Assembly: GCF_009914755.1 (NCBI RefSeq)
Contig: NC_060945.1
From: the human T2T-CHM13v2.0 reference genome, Homo sapiens
Direction: 5' to 3' (one strand)
Length of the DNA stretch: 64,000 bases
A program made the position numbers and the translations under genes. Under the pieces are notes generated by a model. It was not told the origin of the DNA, did not search any database, and saw nothing but the letters and a program-made list of their open reading frames with translations. Below, one piece after another: positions 55,960 through 64,000 of this stretch (positions are counted from its first letter, which is position 1; the number at the start of each line of letters is the position of its first letter).

Positions 55960-58735
55960 TAAATTTCTCTTATTTTCCTTACGTAGTTTAAAATAAGGTC
56001 TTTCACTTAAAGATGGTGGATTTAACATGTGTTTTCCTTAATACTTTCTGAATTCCCAACAATAAAAAACACAATAAAAAGACCTGAAAAGGAGGAAAGC
56101 ATGCAGTTTACAAGAACGAACGGAATAGTAGAAAAATGGCAGGTTAAATTTTTTTTCTTGAAAGTTGAAAAGCAAATAAATTTGTGATAATTGACTTAGA
56201 CTGAGAAAGCAGAGATAAAAACCAATAGGAAGCTCAGATGTCATCTATGCGTCTTGCAAAATCTAGAATAGGTTCAGGTTCTTATGACACCAAGTGCCCT
56301 CAAAGTGGCTGCAAGGTTTAATTTAGGAGAATGGTTTGAAAGATACAAATAGGCTTCTAGAAAATTACCCACCAGAGGTAATATGTACTTAAGGAAATCA
56401 GGCACAGCTGAGGTGGGACTAACATATGGAAAATCGAAAGATTAAAAGATAATGTGTTAATTTAATGATGCGGCCGTTGTTCCAGCTCTATTCTCCTACT
56501 TTAAATCTAGCATGCAAAAATTCAAGCTTTCGCCAACAAGTAAGATGAATGATAGTTTTTTAAATGAAGAAAATAATGATACCAAAGAAAAGCATCTAGT
56601 TAATGGCATTTCTTTGTCCTCAAGGGAAAACTCAATAATACCACACCCTAAATTGAGGACCCTTTGATTAGTCTTCCTGTACAAATGCATAGTAGTCTCT
56701 TTCCCTGTCTTACTCTTCAACATAACCTGCCAGCTAAGATGGCCAAAATTAGAGAAAATTATATGCTATGAAAAAGAGTAAAATCAAACTAAATGACAAA
56801 CAAATTGCAGCAGATAGTCCAAACAAGAAGCAGGAAATGTTTTTTAAAACTCAATATTTTCATAGAGATAAAAGAAGATAAAACACCCATATATCTAGGA
56901 CAGTATGCCATTAAAATAAATAAATAAATAAAAACAAAACCAAAATAGTTGATTTAGGTAAAAAAGTAAATATGATATTTGTAGTATTTCCAAAGTAGAT
57001 ATCTGAAACGGTATTTTTCTTTCTTCCTAAAATAGACATTACTACATTCCCCCATAATTCAATACAATCTAGCAAATATGAGTAGAAGTAAGGAGCAGAA
57101 CATACCTAAAACTTAACACATTCTAGCAAAGAAATTCACTCACTATTCTCTTTTAAATTACCCAGCACATAGCAGATTTTTAGTTTGCTTTGAATTGAAA
57201 GAACTGATTTCTCTGAGAAATAGCATAATATGTTTGCTTAGGTGTACCATTCCAACAAATAATTCAAATACTCAAAGTCAGTAGAACCTAAATCAAAAGC
57301 AGAAATATTAATTTCCTTTTAAAATATTTAAATGTTTAAAATGTTACATTACTTTAGGTTTATAATCTGAAAAAAAAAGTATATATTCATAGTACTGCTT
57401 ATGCATATTTAATCACATATTTCTAAAGCAGATAATCTAAACTCAGTATAGTAATCAAATTTTAGAGAAAATCTAAAATTTTAGTATAATATGTACTCTA
57501 AATTTTTTTTTTAATTTTTAACATAATGTGTAGTTTTTTGAAATTAAATTTTGAACCCATGAATTTTGGTTTTATTAAGAGTAAGCCAGAATGCCATGAA
57601 CTCAAAAATGAAAAACATCAAATTAAATAACAATCACAATAATACTCTGGGATTTAAAAATTAACAAAAGATCAAACTGAGGAAATGAATTAGGTATTTA
57701 AGTAGTTTTGTTTGGTTGGAGTTATGAAAGATTACATAAATGAATAGGCAAGTACAAATAGTGTGATTTATTTTGCCACAGAAAATAATGGAAATTCTGA
57801 GTTGTTTATTTAAATTTTGCACTGAAACATAATAAAAGTATAAAGCATAAACTAACTGAAAAGTTTCTAAACTTCTACACTCTAACATTGACATATTTCA
57901 ATTTAGTAAAGACTTTTAGCCACTTTAACAAACAACAAAGCCAGCTGACATTTATGCAAGCAGCTCTTTTCTCTTTCCAGTAACAGCTTAAAATTGTCTT
58001 TTTGGAAAACACCATACAATTTAATTATTATTGAACAGTCAGAAGGATTAGTTAGTAGAGAATATAAATCAGCAGTTTTATTAAAGCATGAAATTAAATA
58101 CCTCATATAGAAGACGAAAGCCTCAAGAGTTTAAAGATGGTGCTATTGACATATCAGTTCATTCTAATATAAGTGATTAGTAGTTGCATTTATATAAATG
58201 GTTGGAAGGGTCCGGTGGTATTAAGTGCACACACCAAATAATTCTATCAAAATTTTTAAATGTCTTAAGCTTATATTCATTTAACAGCTCAATTACATAT
58301 TCTCATTCACATAAAACACCCAGGGCAAATTTTCATAACTGAGGGAAATGAGGAATTGAGATGATTATCCCAATAATTTAGACTCAAAATCACACTAGGG
58401 GTTCCAAGGAACTGGAAAGCGGGAACAATTTATACTTTGAATCAAAGAAGCAATATTCTATGATAGTTTCCTAACTTATGTAACTAACTCTTTTGGCTCA
58501 CATGTTTTTTCAGAAACCTGAGGAGGGGAAAGGAGAAAAGTAATCTTTGGGGCAGGCATGACCAGGTGATGGGCAAATATTAAGTGACCTGAGTATGTCC
58601 TTCATTCCTCTGCTGAACTGAAAACTGTGTTATCCTTTCTATTAAAAATAGTCTAATTACATGCAGCTGAGCAAAACATCAGGTTTTCTACAAAAGATCC
58701 ACAACATAAATTCTAGTAAATTAAGAAAAAAACTT

Positions 58736-59280
<545 letters not shown>

Positions 59281-59297
59281 TTAAAAAGGAAGCATTT

Positions 59298-59615
59298 GGC
59301 TGGGTATATTGGGTGGCTCATGCCTCTAAACCCAGAACTTTAAAAGGAGGCCGAGACGGGCAGATCATGAGGTGAGGAGTTTGAGACCAGCCTGACCAAC
59401 ATGGGGAAATCCCATGTCAATTAAAAATACAAAAAATAGCTGGACGTGGTGGCCTGCGCCTGTGCCTGTAATCCCAGACACTCAGGAGGCAAAGGCAGGA
59501 GAATTGCTTGAACCCAGGAGACGGAGATTGCAGTGAGCCAAGATTGCACCACTGCACTCCAGCCTGGGCAACAGAGCAAGATTCCATCTCAAAAAAAAAA
59601 AAGAAAGAAAAGAAA
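59298..59615 (+). mobile_element. Alu (AluS)
   Basis: Full dimer with small insertions and an A/GAAA tail. Confidence 0.95.
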
Positions 59616-59999
59616 GAAATGTTTTACATATTTAGATGATTTGCTGCTAAGACAATGCAAAGCTTTAGTATTATTTGAATAGATTTGCAATAATTGATAT
59701 ATAAAGGTGAGCTCACAGCTCCTCAACTTGACTGACATATTTGAGCATGTTGTTTCAAAACACCTAATGAAATTATTTTTTTTTTTTGGTAGTGGATATA
59801 AGCTTTTTAAAACTTCTTTTTCTTGACAGTTGTGTAAATCTTTTAGATAAGATTTTCAAATACCAAGAGATCACTCAAACTTCAGAGGTAACAATTAAAG
59901 AAGCCTATTAAAACTAGCCTCTATAAACATGTTAAAGGCATTAAGTTCCAATCTATGTCTTCGTAGGACACAAAATAGACAAAGAAAAGTGACTATGAT

Positions 60000-60680
<681 letters not shown>

Positions 60681-61289
60681 CATTTTAACAAAATCACATA
60701 TCTCACTTGCATTACTTTAAATATCTTCCTCAAATATTTAAGACAATTATGTGGCTAACTTTGCATTAGACTGGGTTGACAAATTGTTATTCTATTCATA
60801 CACTATATAAACAATGTATAGCATTTCATCTTTATATAAAATTTCACCCAAATTCAAGCTTGTTTTATTTATTTCCTTATTTTTGGCTAATAGTTTCAGG
60901 CAAGGAAATATCATTGGTCAATATTGAACATCAGAAATGTTGAAGTGAGTAAATTTGAAAAATCATAGCTGAAAGCAATCTAGGGAATTAAACATGCTTT
61001 GGACAACACTATTTCTCCATTTTAATTGTCTGAACTTTTTGGATGAGTCTGCTATTGCCAAGCAATTCACATGTTCATGATATAACACGAATAATGTTAA
61101 ATGGCTCACTGCACTCTCATTTAAATGCAGTAGGTTATTTTTCATGATTTTGTTTATTCCTTTATTATGAAGACTGGTAAAACAAAATAAAATTCCAATC
61201 ATTATAGGGGTTTAAAATAAACCAAAGTTCATCATCATAAAATGATAGAATAAACATTTTATCACAAAACTTTCACTTAAGACATAAAA

Positions 61290-62617
61290 TGTCTTCTAGG
61301 GTTTTTATGGTTTTAGGTCTTACGTTTAAATCTTTAATCCATCTTGAGTTAATTTTTGTATAAGGTATAAGGAAGGGGTCCAGTTTCAGTTCTCTGCATA
61401 TGGCTAGCCAGTTTTCCCAACACCATTTATTAAATAGGAAATTTTTTCCCCATTGCTTGTTTTTGTCAAAGATCAGATGGTTGTAGATGTGTGGTGTTAT
61501 TTCTGAGTCTTCTGTTCTGTTCCACATACGCATGGGCAATGACTTAATGACTAAAACACCAAAAGCAATTGCAACAAAAGCCAAAGTAGACAAATGGGAT
61601 TTAATTAAACTAAAGAGCTTCTGCATGGCAAAAGAAACTATCGTCGGAGTCAACAGGCAACCTACAGAATGGGAGAAAATTTTGCAATCTCTCCATCTGA
61701 CAAAGGGCTAATATCCAGAATCTACAAGGCACTTACACAAATTTACAAGAAAATAAAAAAAAAACATCAAAACTGGGCAAAGGATATAAACAGACACTTT
61801 CAAAAGAAGACATTTATGCGGCCAAAAAACATGAAAAAAAGGTCATCATCACTGGTTGTTAGAGAAATGCAAATCAAAACCACAATGAGATACCATCTCA
61901 TGCCAGTTAGAATGGCGATCATTAAAAAGTCAGGAAAAAACAGTTACTGGAGAGGTTGTAGAGAAATAGGAAGGCTTTTACACTGTTGGTGGGCGTATAA
62001 ATTAGTTCAACCATTGTGTAAGACAGTGTCGCGATTCCTCAAGGATCTGGAACTAGAAATACCATTTGATCAGCAATCTCATTACTGGGTATATGCACAA
62101 AGGATTATGACTCATTCTACTACAAAGACACATGCACATGTATGTTTATTGCAGCATTATTCACAATAGCGAGAACTTGGAACCAACACAAATGCCCATC
62201 AATTTTAGACTGGATTAAGAAAATGTGGCACACATACATCATGGAATACTATGCAGCCATAGGAAAGAATGAGTTCATGTCCTTTGGAGGGACATGGATG
62301 AAGCTGGAAACCATCATTCTCGGCAGACTAACACAGGAACAGAAAACCAAACACCGCATGTTGTCACTCATAATTGCTCATAAGTGGGAGTTGAACACTG
62401 AGAACATAAGGGCACAGGGAAGGAGGGAACATCACACACCGGGGCCTGTTGGGGGTTAGGGCTCTAGGGGAGGGATTGCATTAGGAGAAATACCTAATGC
62501 AGATGACAGGTTGATGAGTGCAGAAAACTACCATGGCACATGTAAACCTATGTAACAAACCTGCACGTTCTGCACATGTATCCCAGAACTTAAAGTATAA
62601 TTAAAAAAAAAAAAAAA
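61290..62617 (+). mobile_element. L1PA (about L1PA7-8) 3' end with a 5' inversion (inverted 61290-61523, sense 61524-62617)
   Basis: Antisense WNRTE...[11 protein letters not shown]...PKTIKTLE is joined to sense [12 protein letters not shown]..., the next ORF2 segment, and ends in the 3' UTR and poly-A. Confidence 0.95.
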
Positions 62618-62999
62618 GGTAATGATAATCTAATTCGTGGAATTTCTGAAAAATTGACTTCTAAACTGTAAGAATAATTTGGTTTACAGCATGTTCTACC
62701 AATATGGAAGTATTTACTGAAAATATTGAATGACATACATATTTGAAAATGATAGATCTTTCCATGTACCATAAAAATTGAGTCATTGTCAACTTAGTGT
62801 TTGCTTTTCCCAAGCAAATTAAACATTTATTGCTGGAAGAAATGAAAAACATGGCTCCACAACCCTTTCTGTGTCTCACATTGGATAGTCAGTATTTTTT
62901 GCACAGAAGGACAACCATCATAAGCAAATTAAGTGATTGCCTATGACATTTCTCCCAAATATTTACAGATAATTTTTAAATGTAATTTTTCAATAACGA

Positions 63000-63264
63000 T
63001 AAAAGGTTAAAGTGAAGACATCATTCAAAGGTGGGCATGACAGTGTAGAAACCAATTAGGGAAGGGTAGGTATATGTAAAATAGGTGAAGGGTGGGGAAA
63101 TCAGAGGAAAGCCCACTAAACAGGGAGACAAGTTGCCAAGCCAGTCTGAGGATTTAACTTGTAGCTTGACTTTCAGGCTTTAAATTGTCTTCGGCTTAGA
63201 GGTGACGTTTCACCAGGGACCCACCCCTATCTGCCTAGGCATTTGGTTGCCTCCTGCCCTCTCA
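63000..63264 (-). mobile_element. ERV1 LTR fragment, MER61-like
   Basis: The reverse strand begins tgagagggcaggaggcaaccaaatgcctaggcagataggggtgggtccctggtgaaac...aagccgaagacaatttaaagcctgaaag. Confidence 0.65.
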
Positions 63265-64000
63265 CATTGATGAAATGCATTACGAAAATATTAAAACTAA
63301 CAATACCAAATGTATAACTAGCTATATTATAAAAAAGAAAATGTAATAATGAAAACTGTTAAGATCTAATCTTTCACATATTCGGTATTCACTGGTATGA
63401 AAAAGGGTGATCTAGTGCCATTTTTATAACTTTCCCAATTAGTGAAGAATAAACACACTTGGGAACATAAATATTTAGAAGTAGGTACAACATACATAGT
63501 CAAAGATCAAACTTTTGTCCCACAATTTAATAATATTAGCAAGAAAATTAAACAAAAACAAAATAGCAAAAAATTCGGGATGAATTATCACTTTATAACT
63601 ATTTAAAGCTACTTTATTACAGTAACATTTTTTCCTCTATACCTACTGAAAAATATAATACATTTTACTGGAATCACCTAAGATATCAAATTGGTTAAAT
63701 TTAACATTTAAATTGTATTTTTATAACCCAGGAATTTTACATTCCACGTAAATAAATGATAATGGAGGAGTAGAATTTTCAATAACTAATATATTTACTC
63801 TTTTTCAGATAAGTGCCAATGCTGATTTTTGGTGCTAAACACATCACATACAGATTCACAGTTTGGAATGTAGCAAGCGTGTTAACATTTTCTCCTCAAG
63901 CGATATATTTTTCTGAGCTGTGTTAGAAGTGAATGTTGTGTTTCGTTAAAAAGGAAATTTGCATGTATAGCTTGTTTATTTCTAGAATGTGTTGTTGGCT

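Noticed and set aside
61669-62459. 166-aa and 105-aa ORFs
   Set aside because: These are frameshifted pieces of L1 ORF2 in a 5'-truncated copy.
63124-63147. Possible p53 response element in the MER61-like LTR (AGACAAGTTG CCAAGCC)
   Set aside because: Only one imperfect half-site; the second half does not fit RRRCWWGYYY.

Overview
This is AT-rich primate (human-like) genomic DNA with no recognisable protein-coding gene, tRNA, rRNA or CpG island. Every longer ORF I could assign is a translation of Alu, L1, MaLR, ERV-L or Tigger sequence, and the rest look like chance frames. The window is a dense transposon record: about 15 Alus, several L1 fragments (two clear 5'-inverted twin-primed copies), L2/MIR relics, a Tigger2 transposon and an intact piggyBac-family MER75 MITE. 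It also holds an unusual concentration of class III LTR elements: a full-length env-less HERV-L/MLT2A provirus (43098-49852, minus), a full-length THE1A (31308-33898, minus), an MST element nested in an MLT1 LTR, solo THE1D, THE1A, MLT1 and MER76-like LTRs, and an old ERVL gag relic. The most interesting signal is regulatory. The HERV-L 5' LTR carries a perfect DUX4 consensus site that its 3' twin lacks, several MaLR LTRs carry DUX4-type sites, and most LTR elements lie on the minus strand. I do not see evidence for a new coding system. Subfamily names come from recalled consensus sequences and need RepeatMasker/Dfam confirmation.
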